From positions 80,162 to 144,161 of the forward strand of contig DAOULB010000040.1 of the NCBI GenBank assembly GCA_034420695.1: a stretch of 64,000 nt of DNA, given 5' to 3'. The stretch comes from Dehalococcoidia bacterium (GTDB lineage: Bacteria > Chloroflexota > Dehalococcoidia > Lucifugimonadales > UBA3495). The translations under genes and the position numbers were made by a program. Below the pieces are notes generated by a model. The model worked only from the letters and a program-made list of their open reading frames with translations, did not search any database and was not told the origin of the DNA. Below, one piece after another: positions 16,490-25,895 of the stretch (position 1 is the first letter of the stretch; each line of letters opens with the position of its first letter).

Positions 16490-19354
16490 CTACTTCCGCC
16501 TTGGGCCAAGCCACTCGGCAGTCTGGTTGGCCACGTTGTTGATGCTGCTGGGCTTTAGAGTGCAAGACGGCATCGACTTCAGGAACGATTGGCCGTAATT
16601 GCGCCCGGTAATCCGCCGGTCCAGTACTACCAGCGACCCTCTATCCCCTTTGTTGCGAATCAGCCGGCCGATGCCCTGCCGGAACCTCAATACGGCGTGG
16701 GGTATCGAGTACTCCTTGAAAGGGTCCTTGTATTGCTCGGACCGGGACTTGGCAATGGGGTCGCTTGGCACGTGGAAGGGCAACCGGGTCAGCACCAAGG
16801 CCTGCAGCACGCCTGAGGGCAGGTCCACACCCTCCCAGAAACTGCTGGTGCCCAGCAACACTGCCGCCGGATTGGCTGCGAACCGGGACAGCAACTGCTG
16901 GGGCGACCCGTCTACGCCTTGGGCCAGAACTTCGATACCGTCGGGCGTCAACCGGCTCCTTAGACGCTGGGCAACGCCTCTTAAGGCCGAATAGGAGGTG
17001 AAAAGGGCCATAGTATGGCCGTCGAGGGTCTTGCCCAAATCCACCAGCACACGAGTCATTGCTTCCATGTACCCGTCCTGGTTGGGAGAGGGCATGTCTT
17101 CCGGTATGAGAAGCAGGGCGGCCCTCTGGTAGTCGAATGGAGAGCCCACCAACAGCTCGTCGCTATCTTGAGGCAGGCCGGTGCGCTGGCGGATGTAGTC
17201 GAAGCTCTCCTCCGTACTGAGGGTGGCGCTGGTCATGATGACGCTTTCCTTGCGTTCAAACAGTTGTTCCGCCAGGGTTCCGCCCACTTCCAAGGGGGCC
17301 GAATTGAAGGACAATTCATCCCCAGGCGGGTTACGCGTCTGGGTGCGGGCCAGCCAGTCGATGGTTGCTGTGCCGGTGCCTCCGATTATCGTTCCCAATT
17401 TGTCCTTCAATTGTTCCAGGTTATCTTGGATTCCACCGGACTCCAGTGTCAGCGCACCTTGGTCGGGGCCCGATTGCAGGTCGGTGGTCTGCAGGTATTG
17501 AATAAGCCGGTCCAATGCGCGTAAGGTCCCTTGTATGACCACATCCAAGTTCTCCCAGGCAAGGTTGAGTTCCTCCCACTGACGGGTGCCGGCCCCCCCG
17601 GCGTGGAACTTGTCCAGAAGCAATTGGCTGTTTTCTTCGCCGCTCCTTTCTCGAGGTGCCTGGAAGAGCTGTTCCGCCCCGGCCCAGAGCCTGGCCCACA
17701 ACTCCTTCAACCGGGGAATTGCGGTTTCAACCTCACCTGCTGCGGCCTCTCCTTCACGCCGGACCGGGGCGGCCAAGGACTCGCCGGCCAAGGCCAAGCG
17801 GAGCTGTGCCGCTAGCCGGTTATGGGGTTCCAAAGCCTCCTCAAGGCTGGCCGGCGTCACTTGGAACCCCAACTGACGGGTTGCGGCGTCTTCCAAATTG
17901 TGAGCTTCGTCGATGATCAGGTGCTTGTATTCCGGGATCAGGCCCCCGCCCCGGGCCAGGTCGGACATCAAGAGTGCGTGATTGACCACCACGATGTGAG
18001 CTTGCTCTGCCCGCTCCCGAGCAGTTCGCAAAAAGCAGGGGCCGCCGTCCTTGAGGCCGGGGCACCAGCCTCCTTCGCCGGCGGAGGTGCGGTTCCACGT
18101 GAAAGCGTCCCGGCCCGAGAGGTTGATCTCACCCCGGTCGCCGGTGGCGGTGTCTTGCAGCCAAACGGCGGTCTTGCCCAGCAGCCTGGCCTCGTCGACG
18201 CTGGGGCCATCAATGGCATTGAGGTAGTTCCAACGCTTCAGGCAAAGGTAGTTGCTCCGTCCCTTCAACAGGGCGGCCTTGAGGACGCCGGGCTCCACCA
18301 GGCCTGCTTGTTCCAGAACATCGGCCATGGCCGGAATGTCCTTGCGCAATAATTGCTCTTGCAGGTTGATTGTGTTGGTAGATATGACCACCCGCTGGCC
18401 TTGGGACAGGGCGAACAGAGCCGCCGGCAATAGGTAGGCCATCGACTTGCCTACGCCTGTGCCGCCTTCAACTACCAAGTGCTCTCCCTGGTAGATGGCC
18501 TTGGTTACGCTGGCGAGCATCTCTTCCTGTTCCGGGCGGTGTTCGAAGCCCTGAAAGGCCTTTGCGAACGGCCCGTCGCTGCTTAGCAGCCTGGAGACTT
18601 GCTCCTCGTCCAAGTGTCGCAAGCTGCTCTCGGCCCGGCGCTGTTCCGCTTTGCCCAAACGAGCAGACAGATTTTCCAAGTCAAGGCCGGTAAAGCCAAA
18701 AACCGATGGGCCGGCTCCTCCGGCAACTGTCCGGTCAGTGAATTCAGACAAACCGGAAAACAGCGTCCCGATTGACCACTCGCTGCGCTGGGCAATAGCG
18801 GCTAGGTAGGACAGCCGCCCGGGTTCTAGTTCCGCCGCTTGGCGAAGCAGCGCTAGGAAGACTTGCTGGGTCGCTTCGGCGTCTCCCAGTGCCCGGTGGG
18901 CGCTGTTGTGGATGATGCCGAAATGGCTTGCCAAGGACCCGAGGGAGTACTGGGAGGCGGCGGGCAGCAAAACCGAAGCCAAGTCCCAAGTGTCGTAGGA
19001 CGTGTTGAGAAGGGAGAGCCGGTGAGAGGCTAGAAATCGAAGGTCAAAGGCAATGTTATGGCCTATCACTGGGTGGTGTTCGACGAACTGTTCCAAGCGG
19101 CCTGCCACTGTGGAAAAGAAGGGAGCGTGCTCTACTTGGTGAGGGGAAATCCCGGTGAGGCGTTGAACGAAGTCGGGAATCTGGCGACCGGGATTGATGA
19201 AGGTCTGGAAGGTATCTAGGACCCGGTCGCCTTGGAACTTGACCGCGCCCACCTCAATGATGTTGTCGCGGTCGGAGTCCAGCCCGGTGGTTTCCAGGTC
19301 TAAAGCTACGTGGACTCGTTCAAAGGGGTCAGCGACTGTATGTAGTAGCCCCAT
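16490..19354 (-). CDS. dinG: DinG-family helicase with N-terminal DEDDh 3'-5' exonuclease domain
   Basis: DLETTG...HNIAFD...HRALGDA; GGTGVGKS, LKGRSNYLC, VVNHALL, IDEAHNL, SFWEGVD, RQGIGRLIR. Start set at ATG 19354 to avoid overlapping the upstream gene. Confidence 0.9.
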   Translation of the reverse strand: MGLLHTVADPFERVHVALDLETTGLDSDRDNIIEVGAVKFQGDRVLDTFQTFINPGRQIPDFVQRLTGISPHQVEHAPFFSTVAGRLEQFVEHHPVIGHNIAFDLRFLASHRLSLLNTSYDTWDLASVLLPAASQYSLGSLASHFGIIHNSAHRALGDAEATQQVFLALLRQAAELEPGRLSYLAAIAQRSEWSIGTLFSGLSEFTDRTVAGGAGPSVFGFTGLDLENLSARLGKAEQRRAESSLRHLDEEQVSRLLSSDGPFAKAFQGFEHRPEQEEMLASVTKAIYQGEHLVVEGGTGVGKSMAYLLPAALFALSQGQRVVISTNTINLQEQLLRKDIPAMADVLEQAGLVEPGVLKAALLKGRSNYLCLKRWNYLNAIDGPSVDEARLLGKTAVWLQDTATGDRGEINLSGRDAFTWNRTSAGEGGWCPGLKDGGPCFLRTARERAEQAHIVVVNHALLMSDLARGGGLIPEYKHLIIDEAHNLEDAATRQLGFQVTPASLEEALEPHNRLAAQLRLALAGESLAAPVRREGEAAAGEVETAIPRLKELWARLWAGAEQLFQAPRERSGEENSQLLLDKFHAGGAGTRQWEELNLAWENLDVVIQGTLRALDRLIQYLQTTDLQSGPDQGALTLESGGIQDNLEQLKDKLGTIIGGTGTATIDWLARTQTRNPPGDELSFNSAPLEVGGTLAEQLFERKESVIMTSATLSTEESFDYIRQRTGLPQDSDELLVGSPFDYQRAALLLIPEDMPSPNQDGYMEAMTRVLVDLGKTLDGHTMALFTSYSALRGVAQRLRSRLTPDGIEVLAQGVDGSPQQLLSRFAANPAAVLLGTSSFWEGVDLPSGVLQALVLTRLPFHVPSDPIAKSRSEQYKDPFKEYSIPHAVLRFRQGIGRLIRNKGDRGSLVVLDRRITGRNYGQSFLKSMPSCTLKPSSINNVANQTAEWLGPRRK

Positions 19355-19451
19355 CTCACTCCCATCCCAACTTCCCATACCGGACTGGCTGCGTTTTATT
19401 TCCCGGCTACAGCCTGGAAGCAGGAGCCGTGTCTCGGCTCTGCTGTCGTCT

Positions 19452-20162
19452 TCAGTCGTTCGTAGCTTCGGATGAATAAGGACGGAGCCGCCCCGAGCGG
19501 AGGCCGGTAGCCGGATAAAAGGCGCCGGCGTGAAGCGCGGCAAGGAATTCTGCCTCGTTGTTTATCTCGTCCCGGAAGGCGGTGACAAACCTGCCAATGC
19601 CGTGGACCGAGTGGGCGTCGCTACCGCCGGTTACCGGCATTTCCAGCAGGGAGGCGACCTCCATTGCCATGTAGTTTTCGTTGTCGGCAGTGCCGCCATT
19701 AGCCACCTCGACGGCATTGGCCAGCTTGAACACCGGGTGGGAGGAAGCAGCGGCGGCCGTCCGTGGAATCTCTTCATCCCGGGACGGGTATAGCAGGGGC
19801 CGGACGGGGACCGAACGCCCAAGCACCGCCCTGAACGGGTGGGCTGACACCACGAAGCCGCCGATTGACTGCATGGTGCGGCAGAGGGTTTCCGCCTTCT
19901 GAAAGCCAGGCTGATACCGGTCTATTCCAAAGGCCAGCATGTGCCCCATATCCGTTTCGACCTCTGCGGCCCGCACTAGCACCACGTTGTGGCGGTCGGC
20001 GAACTCCCGGAATTCGTGCCTGTCCCAAGGGCCGCTGTGCTCGGTTAAGCATAGGCCCCGCAGCCCCAGCCGGTCGGCCTCCAGTATCAAGTCCTCGGGG
20101 GACAGGCTGCTGTCACTGCTTCCCTTGGTAGTGTGTATGTGCAGGTCGAACAATCGGGCCAT
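19452..20162 (-). CDS. PHP-domain metal-dependent phosphoesterase
   Basis: DLHIHT, TEH, AHPFR, EVANG, GGSDAH. Confidence 0.88.
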   Translation of the reverse strand: MARLFDLHIHTTKGSSDSSLSPEDLILEADRLGLRGLCLTEHSGPWDRHEFREFADRHNVVLVRAAEVETDMGHMLAFGIDRYQPGFQKAETLCRTMQSIGGFVVSAHPFRAVLGRSVPVRPLLYPSRDEEIPRTAAAASSHPVFKLANAVEVANGGTADNENYMAMEVASLLEMPVTGGSDAHSVHGIGRFVTAFRDEINNEAEFLAALHAGAFYPATGLRSGRLRPYSSEATND

Positions 20163-20284
20163 CTAAAACCATCCGTCGGTGAACCCAGTCTAAGTTCCGC
20201 GACGATTATCGTCAATGGCCGGAAGTCCCTTCCGGTGATGGGCTGGTTGGCCAGGAAACATGAACTCCGGGCGCCAAAGGGACT

Positions 20285-20773
20285 TCAAGAAGGAGCGAGG
20301 GCAGCTTGGGCCAAGTCCGGGAACTGTTCCAGAGGAAGCACTTGGCCGGTGGCTTCGAAGTGTTCTATCAGTCTGCGGATATCGTCAGGCACGGGCTTAC
20401 TGCGACCGGAGGAGGCATCGTAGCCGACGTGCACCGCTTCCATGACCGTGAGCAGTTCTCCACCTTGCTGACGGTAGATTTCCAGCTCCATGGTCATACT
20501 TGAGGTGCCTATGCGGGATATCCTCACCAGCAGGTCCAGCATGTCATCCACCCGGGCAGGGGCCTGATACTCCACGGTCAATTTGACCACCGCGGTATCG
20601 AAGTAACCATGCTCAGCCACCCGGTAGATGCTGAATCCCAAGTTCCGAAAATACTCGGACTGGGCAACTTCCAAATAGTTCGCATAGGCGCCGAAGAATA
20701 CGATCCCTTGGGCGTCGCACTCCATCCAACGCACCCGAACGGGGGTCTGAAATCTGAACCGGTCTTTGGACAT
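20285..20773 (-). CDS. Acyl-CoA thioesterase (YbgC/FadM hot-dog family)
   Basis: VRVRWMECDAQGIVFFGAYANYLE, VEYQAPARVDD. Confidence 0.88.
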   Translation of the reverse strand: MSKDRFRFQTPVRVRWMECDAQGIVFFGAYANYLEVAQSEYFRNLGFSIYRVAEHGYFDTAVVKLTVEYQAPARVDDMLDLLVRISRIGTSSMTMELEIYRQQGGELLTVMEAVHVGYDASSGRSKPVPDDIRRLIEHFEATGQVLPLEQFPDLAQAALAPS

Positions 20774-20818
20774 GCTGCCTCTGTGCGGAAGTGCTACCTG
20801 GCCGTCAGCCTACCGTGT

Positions 20819-21601
20819 TTATCCGGACGTAGAATTTTTGGAAGTGTGGTCTGGGCCGGCACGGTATCCCAAGGATGATAAGTAGTCCAGGTCCGACGAC
20901 GTCAGTTCAGCGGTACGCAGTAGGTCCGGGCGCAATTCCAAGGTGCGGCGCAGTGACTCACGGCGGCGCCACTGGTGTATCTCGGCGTGGTGGCCGGAAC
21001 GCAAGACCTCCGGCACACCCAGCCCCCGGAACTGGGCCGGCCTGGTAAAGAGGGGGTGCTGCAAGAGGCCGCAACTTATGGAGTCTTCGGTTACGTTTTC
21101 TGAAGAGCCGACAACTCCGGGCACCAATCGGGCTACGGTGTCTATCAAGACCATGGCAGGGAGTTCGCCTCCGGTCAGGACGTAGTCCCCGATGCTGATA
21201 TCCTTGGTAGCCAGGTGCTGCCGCACCCGCTCGTCCACCCCGGCGTAGTGGCCGCAGACCAGGACCAGCGCGGGGGCTTGAGACAACTCTTCAGCCATGC
21301 TCTGGTCCAGCAGACGGCCTTGTGGCGACAGCAGGATTACTTCGGCCCTGCTCTGGATGCCGGGAGGAAGTCCGGATACAGCATCTTCCACAGCTTCGAA
21401 AACCGGCTCCGGCTTCATCACCATGCCGGGGCCTCCGCCGAACTGGTAATCGTCGGCCGTGCCGTGGGCGTCGTGGGTGTAGTTGCGGATGTCGGTAACT
21501 TCAAGGGAAACCAGGCCCCGCTGCATGGCCAAACCCACCATGCTGTGTTCCAAAGGGCCTGGGAACACCTGTGGAAAAAGGCTTAGCACATGGAAAATCA
21601 T
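20819..21601 (-). CDS. trmD: tRNA (guanine-N1)-methyltransferase
   Basis: MIFHVLSLFP, DDYQFGGGPGMVMKPEP, CGHYAGVDERV, SIGDYVLTGGELPAM. Confidence 0.97.
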   Translation of the reverse strand: MIFHVLSLFPQVFPGPLEHSMVGLAMQRGLVSLEVTDIRNYTHDAHGTADDYQFGGGPGMVMKPEPVFEAVEDAVSGLPPGIQSRAEVILLSPQGRLLDQSMAEELSQAPALVLVCGHYAGVDERVRQHLATKDISIGDYVLTGGELPAMVLIDTVARLVPGVVGSSENVTEDSISCGLLQHPLFTRPAQFRGLGVPEVLRSGHHAEIHQWRRRESLRRTLELRPDLLRTAELTSSDLDYLSSLGYRAGPDHTSKNSTSG

Positions 21602-21640
21602 GGCAGGACAAAGCCGGGATTGCCCCGGCTCCACAAAGGC

Positions 21641-22894
21641 CTAGGCCGCCACCGGAGAAGCCAGAGGCGCAAGGCGGTTAACGAAGTCCTCGCCGCCCTT
21701 CATTATGAGGTGAAGCTTCTCCCGGTCGCGCAGCACGCCGATGTTTCGCAGGGGGTCTCCGTCGACTACCAGGATGTCCGCGAGCTTTCCCGTCTCAATG
21801 GTGCCCAAGCTTTTATCCAGCCCAACGCATTCCGCGGCCCAACCGGTGGCTGCCTGAATGGCCTGCATGGGGCTCATTCCACGCTCCACCAGAAGCTCCA
21901 CCTCTCTCGCATTGTCGCCGTGGACGAAACCGCCGGCGTCGGTCCCCGCCACCACCTTGACCCCTGCCGAAAGGGCCAAGTGCAGACTTTCCTGGTGGAC
22001 CTGCATCAAGGCTGCGGCCCGTGCCCGCATGTGAGGAGCGCTGACAGTTGAGTGAAACTCGTAAACTTCGAAGGTCGGGACGAAGAACGAACCGTTGTCG
22101 GCCATCAGCTTCAAGAGGTCGGGGTCATTGGCCAAGTAGCACCCGTGCTCGATGGAGCCGGCGCCTCCCTTAACCCCCATGGTTAGTCCGGGGCCCCCGA
22201 CGGCGTGACACATGGTCTTGCGGCCCAGGGCCCTTGCCTCTTCCACCAAGGCTTGGACTTCGTCGGGCCCGAATTCTACGTCCATTGGCCCGTGTCCTGG
22301 GCGGGAACTCGCCCCTCCGGTGGTGGCGAACTTGATAACGTCCGCTCCTACCCGCACCATTTCTCTGACCTTGGCCCGTACTGCCTCCGGACCGTCGGCC
22401 ACGCCTTCAGGAAGCCGGGGGTCGGGATGAAAGGCGTTCCGGTGGCCCGATCCGCTGACCCGGTCGGCCAAGCCCCCCGTGGGGGAGATAATGCTTACTG
22501 CGACCATCAGGCGCGGGCCAGGATAGAGGCCCTCTTCTATGGCTTGTTTGAAACCAACGTCCAACCCCCCGGCGTCTCGAACACAGGTATACCCAGCCGC
22601 CAGGGTGTCTTCCAGGGCCTTTGCAGTGCGCAGATGGTCCAGGGAAGCGGGCTCGCTGAGGCCCCACCTTCCGGCCAGGTCGTAGTTCTTGGACGCCAGG
22701 TGATCGTGGCAGTCGATCAATCCAGGCATCAGTGTCATGCCCGATGCATCGAACGCTTCAGCGCCTTCGGGAATGGGCACGGCAACCCTGGGCCCGATGG
22801 CTTCGATGCGTTCCCCGTCGATCAGGACTGACGCGTCATTAAGCACCGGAGAGCCGGTGCCATCGATGATGTTTACCCCAACAATGGCTTTCAT
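21641..22894 (-). CDS. Metal-dependent amidohydrolase
   Basis: MPGLIDCHDH, VRDAGG, IKFATTGG, HAVG, IEHG, GTDAG, GKLADILVVDGDP. Confidence 0.9.
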   Translation of the reverse strand: MKAIVGVNIIDGTGSPVLNDASVLIDGERIEAIGPRVAVPIPEGAEAFDASGMTLMPGLIDCHDHLASKNYDLAGRWGLSEPASLDHLRTAKALEDTLAAGYTCVRDAGGLDVGFKQAIEEGLYPGPRLMVAVSIISPTGGLADRVSGSGHRNAFHPDPRLPEGVADGPEAVRAKVREMVRVGADVIKFATTGGASSRPGHGPMDVEFGPDEVQALVEEARALGRKTMCHAVGGPGLTMGVKGGAGSIEHGCYLANDPDLLKLMADNGSFFVPTFEVYEFHSTVSAPHMRARAAALMQVHQESLHLALSAGVKVVAGTDAGGFVHGDNAREVELLVERGMSPMQAIQAATGWAAECVGLDKSLGTIETGKLADILVVDGDPLRNIGVLRDREKLHLIMKGGEDFVNRLAPLASPVAA

Positions 22895-23119
22895 AACCCA
22901 CCTCTCGTGGCTGGGATGCTAATTAACCTGGGTTTGGTTGTCAACTTGGAACGGATATCGGAGCCCCGCTTGATCGGCCATTAAGAGAATGGAGGTAATT
23001 GGCCGTCCGAGGTGGAATTCCGGCGAAATCGTACCAGTCCTTCGTGGCTACAGGAGGCCGTCTTCCTTATAATTCGGATGGATTATGGATTTTTAAATAA
23101 GGAATTACGGGTTAGGCAA

Positions 23120-24175
23120 ATGCTAATAGGGCGGCTCAGGGCTGTGGAGAAGGCTGTGAAGGAAGGGGTATTTGTTCGTCTGGCTTGGCTGGCCGCCGCC
23201 GTAGCTGCGGTTACGCTCACCTCAGCCTGTTTCGGGTCTTCGAGTGACCGGGTTGCTTTTGTTACGACTGTTGGGGGCGACCCCGAAATAGCAGTGGTTG
23301 ACGTGACGACAGGTCAAGCGACGCAGGTGACCGACAACCGGAGCCGGGATCTCCTTCCGCGGTGGTCCCCCGATGGGAAGAGCATCGCCTACTTGTCCGA
23401 CGAATCCGGCAGCCTGGAGGTCAACTTGGTGGACCCCGACGAGAAGACTGTCACCAAGTTGACCGACGGCGGCAATAACCGCTACCCCAGATGGGCTCCG
23501 GACGGCCAAAGTCTCGCCTTCATTTCTGGAGAAGACGGGCGGTCTGATCTGCATCTTTTGTCGGTGAAAGATGGGAAGACTTCTGTGGTGTCCTCCAACT
23601 CCTACAATGATGTTCTGGGTGACTGGTCACCCAGTGGGGAATGGCTGGTCTATTACAATGAGGGAGGCCCCGAGACCCAGGGACTCTGGCTGAGAAATCC
23701 CCAAGGCGTGAACCTGGTGCGCCTGACCGATGACGAGGACCGCGGCCCGGTATGGTCCCCCGACGGCAGCCGTATCGCCTTTGTCCGCAGCAACGAAGGG
23801 AAGGGGGACATCTTCGTCTTGAAACGGCAGAGCAAGGAGGCTTGGCAGGAAGACTTTGACTTGGATCGCCTGACCCGGCACGAAGCCAATGATCACTCTC
23901 CGAACTGGTCCCCCGATGGTTCCCGGCTGGTTTTCGTTTCCCATAGAGACGGGAATGCCGAGATTTACTCTATGGAAGCCGACGGGTCCGACAAGTTGCG
24001 GCTGACCAAGAATAACGCCGATGACTTGACCCCGGACTGGTCCTCCGACGGGAGCCGAATCGCCTTCGCCTCCAACATCTACGGTCCCTCGGAGATATTT
24101 GCAATGAAGGCCGACGGCAGCGATCAGTTGCGGCTCACCAATAACAACGCTGAAGATTCCTCTCCCAACTGGTGA
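23120..24175 (+). CDS. PD40-repeat (TolB-like beta-propeller) putative lipoprotein; start uncertain
   Basis: Repeated P.WSPDG..IAF units; hydrophobic stretch ending in the lipobox-like LTSAC. Confidence 0.8.
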   Translation: MLIGRLRAVEKAVKEGVFVRLAWLAAAVAAVTLTSACFGSSSDRVAFVTTVGGDPEIAVVDVTTGQATQVTDNRSRDLLPRWSPDGKSIAYLSDESGSLEVNLVDPDEKTVTKLTDGGNNRYPRWAPDGQSLAFISGEDGRSDLHLLSVKDGKTSVVSSNSYNDVLGDWSPSGEWLVYYNEGGPETQGLWLRNPQGVNLVRLTDDEDRGPVWSPDGSRIAFVRSNEGKGDIFVLKRQSKEAWQEDFDLDRLTRHEANDHSPNWSPDGSRLVFVSHRDGNAEIYSMEADGSDKLRLTKNNADDLTPDWSSDGSRIAFASNIYGPSEIFAMKADGSDQLRLTNNNAEDSSPNW

Positions 24176-24319
24176 CCTTTCGCCGGATGCAGGCTTGGAC
24201 CGGCTTCCTCCTTGGCTGCTCCAAGCCTTGGAGTTGAAAGGATTGGGGTTGAAGGGAAGGGTGCGGGCAGAAGCTGCCAGGGCGTCGGCATTGAATAATC
24301 CAAACTATTAGTCCAACTA

Positions 24320-24473
24320 TCCTTTCAATTAGACGCAACACAACATTGCAATTAGACGAACTGTAACATTGCAATTGGACGCTATCGTACATTCCAATAA
24401 TAGGCCATCAAACATTTCAATTGTACGTACTTAAACATTGCAATTGGACGCAAAGTAAAGTTACAATTGGACG
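24320..24473 (+). repeat. Tandem array of seven 16-bp motifs (consensus ACATTGCAATTGGACG) at an exact 23-bp period
   Basis: Units start at 24320, 24343, 24366, 24389, 24412, 24435 and 24458, separated by 7 variable nt; AT-rich against the GC-rich background. Confidence 0.92.
24438..24467 (+). promoter_or_regulatory. Probable promoter embedded in repeat units 6-7, predicting a leaderless mRNA
   Basis: TTGCAA (24438)-N18-TACAAT (24462-24467); ATG at 24474 is 7 nt after the -10 and has no SD sequence. Confidence 0.5.
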
Positions 24474-25760
24474 ATGGATAGTGCCCCACTTTATCCTCGT
24501 TATGCTGAAGGCCCCTTGGTTGAAGCGTTGGCCGACTCGCCGGCGGTGCTCATTCATGGCCCGCGCCAATGCGGCAAGACCACCCTGGCCCGCTGGATTG
24601 GCAGTTCCTTAGGATACGACTACATCAGCTTTGACGATGATGTAGCCCGCGTTGCTGCGGAGGCCGACCCAGCGGGATTTACCTTGGGGTTGCCTGAGCG
24701 GGTAATTTTGGATGAAGTGCAGCGGGTGCCGCTGATTTTCAATTCCTTGAAACAGGTGATCGATGACCGCCGCATTCCCGGGCGGTTTCTACTCACAGGC
24801 TCTTCTCAGGTGTTGTTGGTGCCTGCCCTTTCGGACTCCTTGGCGGGCCGAATGGAAATCTTGGAGTTGCATCCCCTATCCCAGTGTGAAATGTATGGAG
24901 GCGTACCCAACTTTCTCGACGACTTGTTCTCTGGGTCGTTCCAGACCAATATAACTCAGCGGCTCAGCGACGAATTGGCGAACCGAATAACGGCGGGCGG
25001 GTATCCGGCGGCCTTGGCCCGTCCCACTGCCCGCCGCCGCGCCAACTGGTACCGGAACTTCATCGAAGCCCAAGTGCAGCGGGACGTGCGGGACATGGCA
25101 AGGATCAGCTCCCTTGACCTTTTGCCGAGATTGCTCAGCGCCGCCGCTTCTCAAACTGCCCGGTTGTACAACCTATCCAGCCTGGCATCGCCCTTCCAAC
25201 TTAGCCGCCCCACCATAGGTGACTATGTGGAGTTGCTGGAGCGCTTGTTCCTCATCGACCGGCTTCCTCCGTGGTATGACAACAGGCTGAACCGCTTGGT
25301 GAAAACCTACAAGCTTCACATTGGTGACACAGGCGTCGGATGCGCTTTGCTCGGTTCCAACCCAGCAACGCTGGCCCAGGACCGGTCTCTCTTGGGCCAG
25401 TTGTTGGAAACCTTCGTGTTTCAGGAGTTGAGGCGCCAAGCGGTGTGCCAGGAGTTGCCACTGACCTTTTATCACTATCGCGACAAAGACCAAGTGGAAG
25501 TCGACATTGTCATTGAGCGGGGGGCACGTGCCGTGGCCGGCGTCGAAGTAAAGGCCGCCGCCTCGGTCGCCCCGTCGGACTTTCGAGGCCTCCGCAAGCT
25601 GAAGAGGACGGCCGGCGACCGGTTCACGGCCGGAGTGGTGCTCTACGACGGTGAAGTAACCGCCAGCTTCGGCGGCGGTATGTTCGCCGTTCCGCTGCGC
25701 ACCCTCTGCGAAGGTCGATACGTTGGTGCAGAATCCTTGGTGCTGGAGGGAGCCGTTTGA
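24474..25760 (+). CDS. AAA+ ATPase (AAA_14-like) with C-terminal DUF4143 / PD-(D/E)xK-like domain
   Basis: Walker A GPRQCGKT, Walker B VILDEVQ, GRFLLTGS, ESLAGR-like DSLAGR, K.HIGDTG, LLETFVFQEL, YHYRDKDQVEVDIVIE...VEVKAA. Confidence 0.9.
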   Translation: MDSAPLYPRYAEGPLVEALADSPAVLIHGPRQCGKTTLARWIGSSLGYDYISFDDDVARVAAEADPAGFTLGLPERVILDEVQRVPLIFNSLKQVIDDRRIPGRFLLTGSSQVLLVPALSDSLAGRMEILELHPLSQCEMYGGVPNFLDDLFSGSFQTNITQRLSDELANRITAGGYPAALARPTARRRANWYRNFIEAQVQRDVRDMARISSLDLLPRLLSAAASQTARLYNLSSLASPFQLSRPTIGDYVELLERLFLIDRLPPWYDNRLNRLVKTYKLHIGDTGVGCALLGSNPATLAQDRSLLGQLLETFVFQELRRQAVCQELPLTFYHYRDKDQVEVDIVIERGARAVAGVEVKAAASVAPSDFRGLRKLKRTAGDRFTAGVVLYDGEVTASFGGGMFAVPLRTLCEGRYVGAESLVLEGAV

Positions 25761-25895
25761 CACTGGTATGGGGACGTTCTGCTTTATGCGGAAGCTCCCC
25801 AACCAGGTCAGTCTCATAGACCGGCCCGGAGCCCGGTGTTAAACTGCATTCGCCATTCCCCAATGCTATCTTTTCCCCTTCTGATTTTGGTTGAC

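Noticed and set aside
19355-19543. N-terminal extensions in track ORFs (dinG; also trmD, nuoA, nuoB, nuoI, the trkA-like gene at 48805, xdh)
   Set aside because: They overlap neighbouring genes or promoters; downstream starts with SD sequences match the family N-termini
23012-24175. tolB gene symbol
   Set aside because: No TolB N-terminal domain and no tol-pal neighbours
24320-24473. 23-bp-period array as a CRISPR array
   Set aside because: Repeats are 16 bp and spacers only 7 nt, far below CRISPR sizes; no cas genes in the window
24180-25800. AAA/DUF4143 gene as part of an integrated mobile element
   Set aside because: No integrase, transposase, tRNA target, att-like direct repeats or terminal inverted repeats seen on the flanks
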